This document shows, in pieces, positions 51,505 to 62,900 of a stretch of DNA of 64,000 nucleotides. Below the pieces are notes generated by a model that saw only the letters and a list, made by a program, of their open reading frames with translations, ran no database searches and was not told where the DNA came from. Each line of letters opens with the position of its first letter. Position 1 is the first letter of the stretch. The stretch spans positions 704,001 to 768,000 of the forward strand of contig CAVVPN010000011.1 in assembly GCA_963750165.1 (NCBI GenBank), in the 5' to 3' direction. The position numbers and the translations under genes are program-made. This stretch comes from an uncultured Gemmataceae bacterium. Its GTDB lineage: Bacteria > Planctomycetota > Planctomycetia > Gemmatales > Gemmataceae.

Positions 51505-54500
51505 ATGACGTTCTTCCCGCGCAAGCCGTTGTTGGCCCTGCTGGTCGCCGCCCTCGTCACGGCGGGCAGTCTGTTCCTCGTCCCCGGACCCGGCGGCGCC
51601 GGCGGCGGTAAGAAGAAGAAGGGCGGGCCGCCGCCGTCCGTCCAGGATCTGCTGGCCACCGTCAAGGCTCCCGTCGGCTTCAAGGTGACCATTTTCGCTC
51701 GACCGCCGCAGGTGAATTATCCGACCTGCCTGGTCGCGGCCCCGACCGGCGAGGTGTTCATCGGCATCGACGCGAACAGCTCGCTCGACGCCAAACCGGG
51801 CCGCGGTCGCATCCTGCGCTGCCTCGACCGGGATGGCGATGGGATCGCGGATGACATCACCGTCTTCACCGAACTGGACAGCCCGCGCGGCCTGTTCTGG
51901 GACCGCGGCACCCTGTACGTCCTGCACCCGCCGTACCTGAGCGCCTTCTACGACGACGACGGCGACGGCAAGGCGGATCGCTCGGAGGTGCTGGTCAAGG
52001 GCATCGGCCGCGACCTCAAGTTCCGCGGCGCCGACCACACGACCAACGGCATCCAGCTCGGCATCGACGGCTACTTCTACATCGCGGTGGGCGACTACGG
52101 GTTCGCCAGGGCGGTGGGCAAGGACGGCACGACGCGGCAGCTGTTCGGCGGCGGCGTGGCCCGTGTGCGGCCGGACGGCACCGGTTTGGAAGTGGTCGCC
52201 CGCGGCCAGCGCAACATTTACGACGTGGCCATCGACCCGGAGCTGAACCTGTTCACGCGCGACAACACCAACGATGGCGGCGGCTGGGACGTGCGGCTCA
52301 GTCATGTCGTCCACGGGGCGCACTTCGGCTATCCGTCGCTGTTCGTGAACTTCCCGGAGGACCACATCAAGCCGCTGGCGGACTATGGCGGCGGCGCCCC
52401 GACCGGTTCGCTGTTCATCGACGAGGCCGCGCTGCCGGCGCCGTTCGGCCACGCCCTGTACACCATCGACTGGGGCCGCAGTGCTGTCTACCGCCATCCG
52501 CTGACGCCACACGGCGCCACCTTCAAGGCGGAGCAAAAGACGTTCGTGCAGATTCCGCGGCCGACCGACATGAATGTGGACCCGTCGGGCCGCATCTATA
52601 TCGCCAGCTGGCGCAACGGCCAGTACACTTATGCCGGCCCCAACATCGGCTTCGTCGCCCGCCTGACGCCCAGGGATTACCAGCCGACGCCCTTCCCCGA
52701 TCTGAAAAAGCTCACGCCCGCCGGGCTGGTCAAGCTGATCGGCACGGACAGCCATGTGACGCGGCTGCACGCCCAGCGCGAACTGCTGCGCCGCGGCTAC
52801 ACGGACGAGACGGCCAAGGCGCTGGAGGCCCTGGCCGGCGCCGGCAAGAGCCGGGCCGTCCGTGTCGCTGCCCTGTTCACGTTGCGGCAATACGGCAAGG
52901 AGAAGGCGCAACCGGCGCTGCTCCGCCTGGCGAAGGACGAGACGCTGCGGCCCTTTGCCCTGCGCGCCCTGGCGGACGACCCCGCGCAGGCGGCGCAGGT
53001 GCCGACGGACCTGTTCGTCAGCGCCATGGCGGACGCCAGCCCGCGGACGCGGCTGGAGGCAATTAACGCCCTGGGCCGGCTGGGCCGCAAGGAGGCGATT
53101 GGCAAACTGCTGCCGCTGGCAGGCGACGCGGACCCAGTGCTCGCCCACGTCGCCGTCAAGAACCTCGTGGACCTGCGCGCAGCGCAGCCGCCCTGGAGGC
53201 GATGCAGCCCGGCGCTCCCGTGCGCCTGCTGCTGGGGTGCAGTCAAATCCTCCAGGCACTGCACGAGCCCGCGGTCGTGGACGGCCTGGTCGCCCGGCTT
53301 GAACAAACCACCGAGCCGGAAGTGCGGAAATATCTGTTGCGGTCGCTGTGCCGGCTCTACCAGCAGGAGTCCGCGTGGGACGGCAAATCGTGGTGGGGCA
53401 CCCGGCCCGACACGCGCGGCCCCTACTTCCGCCCCGTGACCTGGGAGCGCAGTCCGAAAATCGCCCAGGCGCTGACCAAAGCGCTGACCGGCTCGGAGGC
53501 CGCCGTGCAGGCCAGCCTGATCGCCGACCTGCGCCGCAACCGGATCGACCTGGCCGACGGGGTGCCGGTCGTCCTCAAGCTGGCCGCCACCGACGCGAGC
53601 TTCCGCCCCGTGGCGGTCGCTTTCCTGCTGGCGCAGCCCAAACTTCCCGCCGACGCTCTCAAGTGGCTGGAGGCGGTGGCTGTCGGGCCAAAGGAAAGTC
53701 CAGCCGTGCGCGTCCGGGTGCTGGCCGGGCTGCAGAAGCTGGCCGTCAAGAACGCTGGCCTGCTGTCCGCGGTCGCCGCCGGCTACGCCGCCATCGCCGA
53801 CGACAGCCCCGCCGAGCTGTTGCAGGCCCGCGAGCGCTTCCAGCGCGACCCCGCCAACGGCAAGCTGGCCGCCTTCTGGGTCAAGGAGACGCAGTCGAAG
53901 GAAGCGGCCCGGCGCGAGCTGGCCTACGCGGTGCTGCTGTCGCTAACGATGAACCTGCAGGCGCCGCCCGGCGAACGAGACCAGGCCAACCGCGCCGTTG
54001 ACGCCGCCTGGAAATCGCCGGCGCAAACGGCCAGCGTGCTCCGCGCCATCGGCCGGACCTACGCGGACCACTACGCCCTGCAGGTGCGCGAGAAGTTGAA
54101 GGACGGCCGCCCCGAGGTGAAGGCCGCCGCCCAGTACGCCGCGAAGTTGATCGAGCTGGACCGGCCCCGGGCTACCGGCCCCACCATCGAAAAGATGCCC
54201 TTCGCCGAGGTCGTGAAGGCGGTGGCGAAGACCCAGGGCGACGCCAGGCTGGGGGCGCGGCTGTTCTTCAAGCAGAACTGCATCACCTGCCACACCGTCT
54301 CGGCGAAGGAGACACCGCGCGGGCCGTTTTTGGGCGACATCACCCTGCGCTACAAACGGGACGAGGTGCTGGAGTCGATCCTGAAGCCGAGCGCCAAGAT
54401 CGCGCAGGGCTTCGAGACGCAGTGGTTCAACCTTGACGACGGCCGCATCCTGGAGGGCTTCGTGACGCGCGAGTCCGGCACCGAGGTGGAGATCCGCAAC

Positions 54501-54656
54501 ACCGCCGGCACCGTCACGGTGATCCCCAAGGCCGACATCGACAAGCGCGGCCGTCGCGACACCTCGATGATGCCGGAGGGGCTGGTCAACAACCTGACCA
54601 TGCGCGAACTGGCGTCGCTGGTGGCGTACCTGGACACACTGCGCTCGAAGAAGTAG
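51505..54656 (+). CDS. PVC-type heme-binding CxxCH protein (dehydrogenase-like beta-propeller, HEAT repeats, cytochrome c), frameshift near 53185
   Basis: DRDGDGIAD, GQRNIYD, HEAT repeats, CITCH, SMMPEGL. Confidence 0.88.
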
Positions 54657-54683
54657 CGTGGAGTCCAGGCAGGAGGTGCCGCC

Positions 54684-55074
54684 ATGCCGTCGCCGTTCCC
54701 TGGGATGGATCCGTACCTGGAACCGCCGCACCTGTGGCCGGACGTGCATCATGCGTTGATTAGCGCAGTTTGCGTTTGGGTGTAGCGGAAGTCGCCAGAC
54801 TTCCGAAGCCGCTCCGGAAGTCTGGCGACTTCCGCTACACCCAAACGCAAACCGCTCCAGCCAACTCCAACTGGCCTTGAACCAGGTCCTGCGGCCGCGC
54901 TACGTGGCCCGGGTGGAGATGCGCGTCTACGTCTCCGACGAGGTGGAGGAAGCGCGTCTCGAAATCAGGGAACCGGAATCGGGCACCCTGGTCACGGTCA
55001 TTGAAGTGCTCAGCCCGAGCAACAAGCTTCGCGGCTCCGAGGACCGCAACTTGCGCCGAGGCGCGGCTCCCTAA
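54684..55074 (+). pseudogene. DUF4058-family pseudogene interrupted by a REP doublet and truncated
   Basis: MPSPFPGMDPYLE...ALIS|QLQLALNQ...VTVIEVLSPSNK; 97-bp insert. Confidence 0.85.
54765..54861. repeat. GTAG-type REP doublet inserted in a gene
   Basis: Long palindrome flanked by duplicated AGC. Confidence 0.85.
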
Positions 55075-55910
55075 CGTGACTTCGGCTTGCCCTTGCGCCG
55101 CGGCGGCTTGCGCCGGGGACGCAATCCCTTTTCGTGCAGCCATTCCTCCGCCCACTCCTCGTCCGCGCCGAACAGCGGTGGATCGGGGTCGATGGCGTAG
55201 TTCAGCGTCCCCTCGTAGGCACCGTTACGATAGCACTGCTCGACCAGGGCCTGCACGTCCAGCGGCACGTCGGCGTCGGTCGGCCGCAGGGGCACCTTCA
55301 CGACCGGCAACCTCTCCCACAGCGGCATCGGATAGACCTCGGCCTTGTCGCGCCGCGTGGCCCGGCGGACACAAACCATGTAAGCGGTGCGGCCCTGCGG
55401 CTTGAGGTGATCCAGCGGGAACGCCAGCGTGTGGCCGCCGAAGCGGTTCAGATCGATTTCGACCAGGTTGGTGTCCGAGGAACAGATTTCGCGCTGTTTG
55501 CGCAGATACTGCTCGCGGTTCGGGTCGGGGGACTTGTTGCTCGGGCTGAGGAATTCAATCACGGTAACGACGCGGTTGCCGCTCTCTCGGTCGATGATTT
55601 CGAGAAAGGGTTCGGTGGCCGGCGCGGGTTCGGTTTCGATCAGGAGCGGCTCCGCCACGGCCACGCTCGCCTGCGGTCGCGCTGCCAGGCCGCGCCGTGG
55701 CGGGTATTCGACCACACGCACGTCGGGGAATAACGGGTGATCGGCGATGCCCTGGGGAGTTTCCAGTAAGACGCGCTCCTCGACACGAGCGCGTAACGCT
55801 CCTGGGAGGGCGCCCTGGAGCGCGTTGCGCGTATAGATGATGAGACTGGCGTGAACGTCGCGCCAGTGGGCATCGAGGTATGGGTCCATTCCGGGAAAGG
55901 GGCTCGGCAT
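55071..55910 (-). CDS. DUF4058-family protein
   Basis: MPSPFPGMDPYL, PDVRV, VTVIEFLSPSNK, LVEIDL. Confidence 0.9.
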   Translation of the reverse strand: MPSPFPGMDPYLDAHWRDVHASLIIYTRNALQGALPGALRARVEERVLLETPQGIADHPLFPDVRVVEYPPRRGLAARPQASVAVAEPLLIETEPAPATEPFLEIIDRESGNRVVTVIEFLSPSNKSPDPNREQYLRKQREICSSDTNLVEIDLNRFGGHTLAFPLDHLKPQGRTAYMVCVRRATRRDKAEVYPMPLWERLPVVKVPLRPTDADVPLDVQALVEQCYRNGAYEGTLNYAIDPDPPLFGADEEWAEEWLHEKGLRPRRKPPRRKGKPKSR

Positions 55911-56106
55911 GAAAACCTCCTTGACTCACTACTCCGCGTAGCATATCGCAACTTCTCCAAACGCGGAAGTCAGTTCGGTTCCACGGCTGGGTCTCGGCTA
56001 CTTGCAGGTCGGCTACTTGCAGGCTCGCCGTGGGGGCTGCTAAACTCAAATCATGTATGACGCAGCGCTTACCCGTTCGGAATCCTGTCATCGTGTGGGG
56101 AGAACC

Positions 56107-58371
56107 GTGAACGAACCATTGGAAGTCGCCTGCCCCAGCTGCGGCCGCCCCCTGCGGGTCCGGCCCGATTTTGTCGGCAGGCGCCTTTCTTGCAAATCGT
56201 GCAACCATGTCTTCCGTCTGATCCTGGCTGCCGGGCCCGTTCAGCCACAGGCGCAGCCCGCGCCGGCCGCGGCCGCAGAAGGCGCGGCGCTCCGGGCGGA
56301 GCAGGAGCGGTTGCGTGCCGAGCTGGCGGCCATCTCCGACGCCGCCGACCAGGCGGTGCGCGCCGCGCGCGCGACCGAAGCCCAGCTGCAGGAGCAGGTG
56401 CGTCTCTTGACGGCCGAGCGCGACCGGTTGGCCGGCGAGCGGCAAGAGGCCGGGCGCCAGGCGGACGAAGCGCGGGCGCGGCTGGGCGAACTGGAGCGAA
56501 CCGCGGCGGAGCGCGACGGCTTCCGCACCGAGCTGGAAGCACTGCGGCAACAGTTCGCCCAGGAAAAGAACGACCTCGAAGTGGCGGCGGCGCAGGCCCG
56601 CATCAAGGCGGCCGCCGCCCAACTCGAGGCCGAGGTCGCACTGCGCGAACGGGGGGAATTCCGGAAACAACTGGAACAACTCGCCGAGGCGGGCGGGGAG
56701 TCGGAGGCCGAACGCCTGGCGATGGAGGAGCGCCAGCGCCAGGAACTGGCCGACCTGACGGAGGAACTGGAGCGGCAGCGCGCGGCGGCAGCGCAGGCCG
56801 GCCAGGAGCGCGATCAACTGGCGGAGCAGGTCGCGTCCCGGACGGCGGCTCACGCCGAGTCGGCAGCGGAAGCCCAGCGCGAACTGAGCGACCTTCGGGG
56901 AGAAATCGACCGGCTCACCGCCGCCGGGCGCGAGGCTGAGGGCGAACGCCAGGCCGCGGCGGAGCGCCAGCGCCAGGAACTGGCGGACCTGACGGGACAA
57001 CTGGAGACGGCGGCGCAGGCCGCTCAGGAGCGCGACCAGCTGGCGAAGCAAGTCGCGTCCCTGACGGCGGCCCACGCCGAGTCGGAAGCGGAGGCCCGGC
57101 GCCAACTGGAAGAACTTCGGGAACAACACGACCGGCTCACCGAGGCTGGCCGGGGGGTGGAAAGCGAACACCTGGCGGCGGCGGAGCGCTATCGCCAGGA
57201 GCTAGCCGACCTGACGGAGGAATTGGAGCGGCAGCACGCAACAGTGGCGCAGGCCAGCCAGGAGCGCGACCAACTGGCGGAGCAGATCGCGTCCCTGACG
57301 GCGGCCCGCGCCGAATCGGAAGCGGTGGCCCAGCCCGAACTGAGCGAGCTCCGGCGGGAAATCGACCGGCTCACCGTCGCCGGGCGCGAGGCGGAGGCCG
57401 AGCGGCAAGCGGCGGCGGAGCGCCAGCGCCAGGAATTGGCCGACCTGACGGGACAACTGGAGCAGCAGCTGGCGGCGGCGGCGCAGGCCGCTCAGGAGCG
57501 CGACACACTGGCGGAGCAGGTCGCGTCCTTGACGGTGGCCCACGCCGAGTCGGAAACGGATGCCCGGCGCCAACTGGAAGAGCTTCGGGAACAACACAAC
57601 CGGCTCGCGGCGGCGGGGGGGGAGTTGGAGGCCGAACGTCAGGCGGTGGTGGAGCGCCAGCGCCAGGAACTGGCCGACCTGACGGAGGAACTGGAGCGGC
57701 AGCGCGCGACGGCAGCACAGGCCGCCCACGAACTCGACCAGCTGGCGGAGCAGGTCGCTTCCCAGGCGGCGGCGCGGGCCGCGCTGGAGGCGGAAGCGGA
57801 GGAGTTGCGCGGTCTGGTGACCGCGACCGACACGGCGGTCGCCGACGCGGAGGGCCGACACGGCCAGGAAGCAGCAGCCCTGCGGCAAGCCCTGGCGGAC
57901 GCGCGGGCCGAGGCGGGACGGTTGGCCGGCCGGGTCGCGGAGCTGGAGGCCGCGCGGGCCACTGCGGTGGCGCAGGCCCGCGCAACCTCGGCCGCCTCCC
58001 CGGATCTGGCCGAGCGCCTCGCCGCCGCGGAGGCGCGGGCCCACGAAAGCGATGCCCTGCGAGCGGAACGGGACGCCCTCAACAAGCGTCTGCAGGCGCT
58101 GCACGCCGAGTGCGAACAGCTGCGCGGCGGCGAAATGCTGCGCCGCCAGGCCCTGGACGCGGTGTACTCGGGGGGTGCAATCCCGTTGAAGCGTCCGCCC
58201 GCGGGCCAGCCGCCGACTGGGCCTGCTACCCGGCCCGCCGCACTTCCCGACGCGGCCGTGCAAGAGGTCGTCCGCCAGGCCGCGATCCTGCGCGACGAGG
58301 CGGCGCGACTCCGCGTGGAGAACAACCAGCTGCGGCAGATGCTCGCCAATTTCGGCATCCGGCTGAGTTAG
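56107..58371 (+). CDS. Zinc-ribbon plus long coiled-coil repeat protein
   Basis: CPSC/CKSC; ERxRQELADLT recurs at 56728, 56962, 57184, 57418 and 57652. Confidence 0.8.
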   Translation: MNEPLEVACPSCGRPLRVRPDFVGRRLSCKSCNHVFRLILAAGPVQPQAQPAPAAAAEGAALRAEQERLRAELAAISDAADQAVRAARATEAQLQEQVRLLTAERDRLAGERQEAGRQADEARARLGELERTAAERDGFRTELEALRQQFAQEKNDLEVAAAQARIKAAAAQLEAEVALRERGEFRKQLEQLAEAGGESEAERLAMEERQRQELADLTEELERQRAAAAQAGQERDQLAEQVASRTAAHAESAAEAQRELSDLRGEIDRLTAAGREAEGERQAAAERQRQELADLTGQLETAAQAAQERDQLAKQVASLTAAHAESEAEARRQLEELREQHDRLTEAGRGVESEHLAAAERYRQELADLTEELERQHATVAQASQERDQLAEQIASLTAARAESEAVAQPELSELRREIDRLTVAGREAEAERQAAAERQRQELADLTGQLEQQLAAAAQAAQERDTLAEQVASLTVAHAESETDARRQLEELREQHNRLAAAGGELEAERQAVVERQRQELADLTEELERQRATAAQAAHELDQLAEQVASQAAARAALEAEAEELRGLVTATDTAVADAEGRHGQEAAALRQALADARAEAGRLAGRVAELEAARATAVAQARATSAASPDLAERLAAAEARAHESDALRAERDALNKRLQALHAECEQLRGGEMLRRQALDAVYSGGAIPLKRPPAGQPPTGPATRPAALPDAAVQEVVRQAAILRDEAARLRVENNQLRQMLANFGIRLS

Positions 58372-58441
58372 CGCAGAAGATTCACCACAGAGAACGCGGA
58401 GCGCGCGTTCTCTGTGGTGAATCTTCTGCGCTAACTCAGCC
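58361..58441. repeat. Perfect 38-bp-stem palindrome between convergent genes (REP-like or bidirectional terminator)
   Basis: 58361-58398 is the exact reverse complement of 58404-58441. Confidence 0.85.
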
Positions 58442-59413
58442 CGCCCGTCCCAGCCACGGCAGCTGATTCAGATTGACGTTGCCGCCGCTGAGCACGACAC
58501 CGACGCGCTCCAGACCGGCCAGGCCGCGGAACGCCGCCGCCAGCACCGCCGCGACCGCCACCGCGGCACTCGCCTCGATCAGCAGCTTCGCCCGCTCCCA
58601 CGTCAGCCGCATCGCCTGAATAATCTCGTCCTCGCCGACCGTGACGACGCGCTCCACGTGCCGCCGCAGGATCGGCCAGGTCAGTTCGCCGAGGCTGGTG
58701 AGCAGGCCGTCCGCGATGGTGTGTGGGCCCGTCTGCGGGAGCAGCGTGCCGGCCGCGAACGAGCGGGCTGCGTCGTCCGCCCCAAGCGGCTCCGCGGCGA
58801 AAATGCGGATCGTCGGCTGCAGCGCCTTCGCCGCGACGCACAGGCCGGCCACCAGGCCGCCGCCGCCGACCGGCGCCACCAGCGCGTCCAGGTCCGGCAC
58901 GTCCTCCAGCAGTTCCAGCGCCGCGGTGCCCTGGCCGGCGATGATGTCGGGGTGGTTGTACGGGTGAATGAGCGTCGCGCCAGTCTCCGCCTGCACCGCC
59001 GCAGCGGTTGCCTCGCGCGCCTGCAGGTTCGGCTCGCACAGGATCACGCGGGCACCGTAGTCCTCGACCGCCCGGCGCTTGACCGCCGGGGCGTTGCTCG
59101 GCATGACGATGTGCGCCGGCACGCCGCGCAGCCGCGCCGCCAGCGCCAGCGCCTGGGCGTGGTTGCCGGAGCTGTGCGTTACGACGCCGCGCTGCGCCGC
59201 CTCGGCTGGCAACTTCAGCACGGCGTTGCTGGCGCCGCGGAACTTGAAGGCGCCGACTTTTTGCAGGTGCTCGCACTTGAAGAACAACCGCCGGCCCGCG
59301 AGTCGGTCCAGCGTGGCGCAGGTCGCCACCGGGGTGCGGTGGATCTGCCCGGCGATGCGCGCCGCCGCGGCGCGCACGTCCTCGATGGTCGCCGCCAGGG
59401 GAGTGGTGTCCAT
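58436..59413 (-). CDS. PLP-dependent serine/threonine dehydratase or serine racemase family
   Basis: KCEHLQKVGAFKFRGA, SSGNHAQA, PVGGGGL, SGGN. Confidence 0.92.
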   Translation of the reverse strand: MDTTPLAATIEDVRAAAARIAGQIHRTPVATCATLDRLAGRRLFFKCEHLQKVGAFKFRGASNAVLKLPAEAAQRGVVTHSSGNHAQALALAARLRGVPAHIVMPSNAPAVKRRAVEDYGARVILCEPNLQAREATAAAVQAETGATLIHPYNHPDIIAGQGTAALELLEDVPDLDALVAPVGGGGLVAGLCVAAKALQPTIRIFAAEPLGADDAARSFAAGTLLPQTGPHTIADGLLTSLGELTWPILRRHVERVVTVGEDEIIQAMRLTWERAKLLIEASAAVAVAAVLAAAFRGLAGLERVGVVLSGGNVNLNQLPWLGRAG

Positions 59414-59457
59414 ACGGACTCCAGCATGTTTGAAGAAGCGTCGCCATCCCGCCGGCA

Positions 59458-59784
59458 TCACGCGCGTGAGCAACGCGCTTTCTGCCACAACAGCACCATC
59501 AGGCCAAAAAGTAAACCGAATGCGGGCATCGCGTAGGGGACGCTGGCGTAGTCTCCTACCACTGCCGCGTGTCCTCCCACGGATTGCGTGGAATACACGT
59601 AGACGCGCTCTGCACGATCCCAGCCCGACGGGTTGCCGACGAGCAAGAAGAATACCATGCAAACGGTCCCCAGGATCGTCCCGATCCAGAGCGGTCGATA
59701 GTTCGTCCAGATCGCAACGAACGCCGGACCCGGTTTCGGAGGCGGTCGGTCAGGGACAATCGGTTTTGAGGTTTCTGGACTCAT
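59458..59784 (-). CDS. Small two-TM membrane protein
   Basis: Two hydrophobic segments; same strand as neighbours. Confidence 0.55.
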   Translation of the reverse strand: MSPETSKPIVPDRPPPKPGPAFVAIWTNYRPLWIGTILGTVCMVFFLLVGNPSGWDRAERVYVYSTQSVGGHAAVVGDYASVPYAMPAFGLLFGLMVLLWQKARCSRA

Positions 59785-59814
59785 CGTAATCGTTCTCCGA
59801 TTCCGTTGTGGCCC

Positions 59815-59940
59815 CGTTGTGGCACGGTCTCCCGACCGTGCCACGCACCCCGACCGATGGTCTCCTCTTTTCAGCGCCTGGAACGCGGGGGAGACCTTCG
59901 GTCGGGCCGGGTGGCCTGGTCCGGAGACCAGGCCACAACA
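59815..59940. repeat. GTGG-type REP doublet
   Basis: gtggcacggtc-tccc-gaccgtgccac and gtggcctggtc-cgga-gaccaggccac with a complementary inner spacer. Confidence 0.8.
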
Positions 59941-59993
59941 GAGAGCGCTGCAACCCATCTTTCCGCCGCTGGCGGCTTCAGCGCGGAGCGCCG

Positions 59994-62900
59994 CTACTTC
60001 GCCTTCAACTCCTGCCGCAGCACCTCGACGGCCTTTTCCAGCTGGGCGTCACGGCCGCGGAAGAAGTCCTCCGGCGTGTTGTCCACGTACACGTCCGGCG
60101 GCACACCATAATTCTCCAGGTTGGTGCCGCTGACGTTCCACAGGCCGAAGCCCGGTGTGCGAATCACCGAGCCATCCATGAGCTTGTACGCGCCGGTGCC
60201 GATCACCGCTCCGTAGGTCGTGACGCCGACCACCTTGCCGAGCTTCAGCGTGCGGAAGCCGTCCGGGAACACCTCCGCGTCTGATGTCGAGCGCTCGTTC
60301 GCCAGCACCACCTTCGGCCCGAAGAAGCCGTGCAGCGGCCGCGTCACCGTTTCGCCCGAGCTGCGCGGCTTCGTATACTGGTACTGCTTTTGCTGCAAAA
60401 TCTGCAACAATTCCTGATCGATGTTGCCGCCCGGGTTGAAGCGCTGGTCGATCACCAGTGCTTTTTTCGTGTGCAGCATGGCCAGGTCGCGCTCGAACTT
60501 GCGCAGCTCCGGCTCGCTCATCTGGCGGATGTGCAGGTAACCGAAGTCGCCGTTCGACAGCTTCGCCACCAGCGCCCGCCGCTCCGCGACCCACTTTTCG
60601 TATTGCAGCGTTGCCATCTGGAAGCTGGTGACCGGCGTCACCTTCGCCTTCCAGGCGCCCGCCGGCTGCGGCTTGTCGTTCACCGTGAACTCCAGCCGGC
60701 TGCCCATCGGCCGCGTGTAGTGCTTCCAGTAATTGTCGCCGGCCTTCAACTCCTGATCGTCGATGGCCAGCACGTAATCGCCGACGCGAATCTTGACGTA
60801 ATCCCTGTCCGCCGGGCCATGGCGATAGACGTGCGTCACCTTGTAATAGCCGCTCTTGTCCGCCTCCAACTCGAAGCCGGGGAAGCGCGTCACGGCCTTC
60901 TCCTCGCTGGAGAACCGGCCGCCGCCGCTGATGCCGGTGTGCGAGGCGTTCAGCTCGCCGATCATCAGGCTTATTACGTTGTGCAGTTCCTCCTGATCGG
61001 CGACGTGCTCCAGCAGCGGCTCGTAGGTCTGCCGCATCTTCGCCCAGTTGATGCCGTGCATGCCGGCGTCGTAGAAGCGGTGCTTCATGATGCGCCAGCT
61101 CTCGTGGAAGACCTGCTTGCGCAGCTCGCGGTGATCGACTTCGACGCGCACCGTGAACGCCAGTTTGCGGCCGCCGGTCGCCGCCGGGCCCTTGCCGGCC
61201 AGCGCTTCCGCGGCGCCGCCCAGCGGCAGCGCGTACAGGTTGCTGCCCTGCTTGTAAAACAGCGTCTTGCCGTCGCGGCTGAACTGCAGCATCGTGAAGC
61301 CACCGCCGCCGAAACCGCGGGCCGGCGGCTGGTCGTCGGTCGGCGTCGACGCCGACTGGGCCAGGCGCGTCGCCGGCTTGTCGCCGTCCACCGCCAGCGA
61401 CCACAGGCTCTGCACGTTGCGGCCGCCCTCGACGCCGAAGGTCGCGAACACGACACTGCGACCGTTCGGCGACAGGGCCAGCGTCGTGATGGCGTCGCCG
61501 ACGCGCGTCAGCTGGCGTACCCGGCGGCCGATGTTGGTGAAGTCGATCTTCACCTCGACCTTGCCGACTGGGCCGGCCGGCTTGACCCCCGGCTGCTTCG
61601 TCGCCTGCTCCTCGCTGTCCACGCTTTTGTCGGCCGGGTCGCTCGTCTCGGGCAGCAGCGCCACGCTGTAAATCTGGGCGTTCGGCTGCACCCGTTTGGC
61701 GCTGCTGTTGATCAGGTCGGTGCCGCCGAGGAACACCAGGCGCTTGCCGTCGCCGGTCCAGAACGCCAGCGTGTCGCTGTACGTGTCCCGGTCGGTGACG
61801 CGCATGGGGTTGCCGCCCTCCGCGGGGATGACGTAGACGTGCGGCAGCAGCGTTTTGTCCGGCCGCGTGTAGGAGACCCACTTGCCGTCCGGCGACCACT
61901 GCGGGTTGCCGATGGCGTCGCCGCCCGCCAGCACCGCGCTGCTCGCCAGCACCGTCGTCTTGCCGCCGTCGAGATCGTAGCGGTACAGCTTGTTGTCCGA
62001 CGCCGTGTACAGCAGCGCCTTGCTGTCCGGCGCCCAGCGCAGCTGCGACTTGAGCGAATCGCCCTGCGAAATCTGCTTCATCTGCTTGCCGAACTCGTCG
62101 CACACCCAGATTTGCTCGTCGCCGGACTTGTCGCAGATGAACGCGATCCGCTTGCCGTCCGGCGACCACTGCGGTTGGCCCTCGCGCACCTGCGGCGTCG
62201 AGGTCAGGCGGCGGACGTCGCCCTTCTCGGTGGCGATGGTGAACAGTTCGCCCTTGACCGCGATCACCGCGCGCTTGCCCGATGGCGACACGTGGAAGCT
62301 GTCGGCCTCGCCGTTGACGGTCAGCGTTTCGAGGTTGTTTTCCTGGTCATCGGAGGTGATGTCGATCTTGATTTCGCTGGTCTGGCCGGTGGCGGTGTCC
62401 AGTTTCCACACGCCGAAGTTCTCCTCGTAGACGATGACCTTGCCGTCACTGGACAGCGCCGGGAAGAACAGCGCCCCGCTGGTGTGCTTCGTCACCTGCA
62501 CCGGGTTGCCGCCGGAGCGGTTGATTTTCCAGAGGTTGCTGGTCGATTTCAGCACCACGGGGCTGCCGGCCTTCCCCTGCACGGCGCGGTCGGAGACGAA
62601 GTAGATGTCGCCGCCGGGCGCGAACATCGGCCAGAGGTTGTTCGGCTTTTCGTTGTCCGGCAGCTGGTCGTCGAGAAGGCGCTTGAAGCTGCGGTTGCTG
62701 GTGTCGAGCAGCCAGAGGTCCGCGGCGTAGCTACCGCGGTAGTGGCGGCGCGACCACACCGCCGGGTGGCGGGTGAACGCCAACAACTTGCCGTCCGGCG
62801 AATAACTGCCCCAGGAACCCCAATCCGTCAGCACCGGCTGCTCCAGGCCGCCGCCGACCGGCACCTCGTACAGGTTCGGGATGCCCGGGTACATCAGGCC

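Noticed and set aside
5770..53190. Frameshifts at ~5770, ~30251, ~41500, ~47095 and ~53185 as pseudogenes or recoding sites
   Set aside because: All look like 1-2 nt losses in short G/C runs of otherwise intact, unrelated genes; long-read consensus error is the simplest explanation. Needs a read check.
56107..58371. SMC protein
   Set aside because: No Walker motifs or hinge domain.
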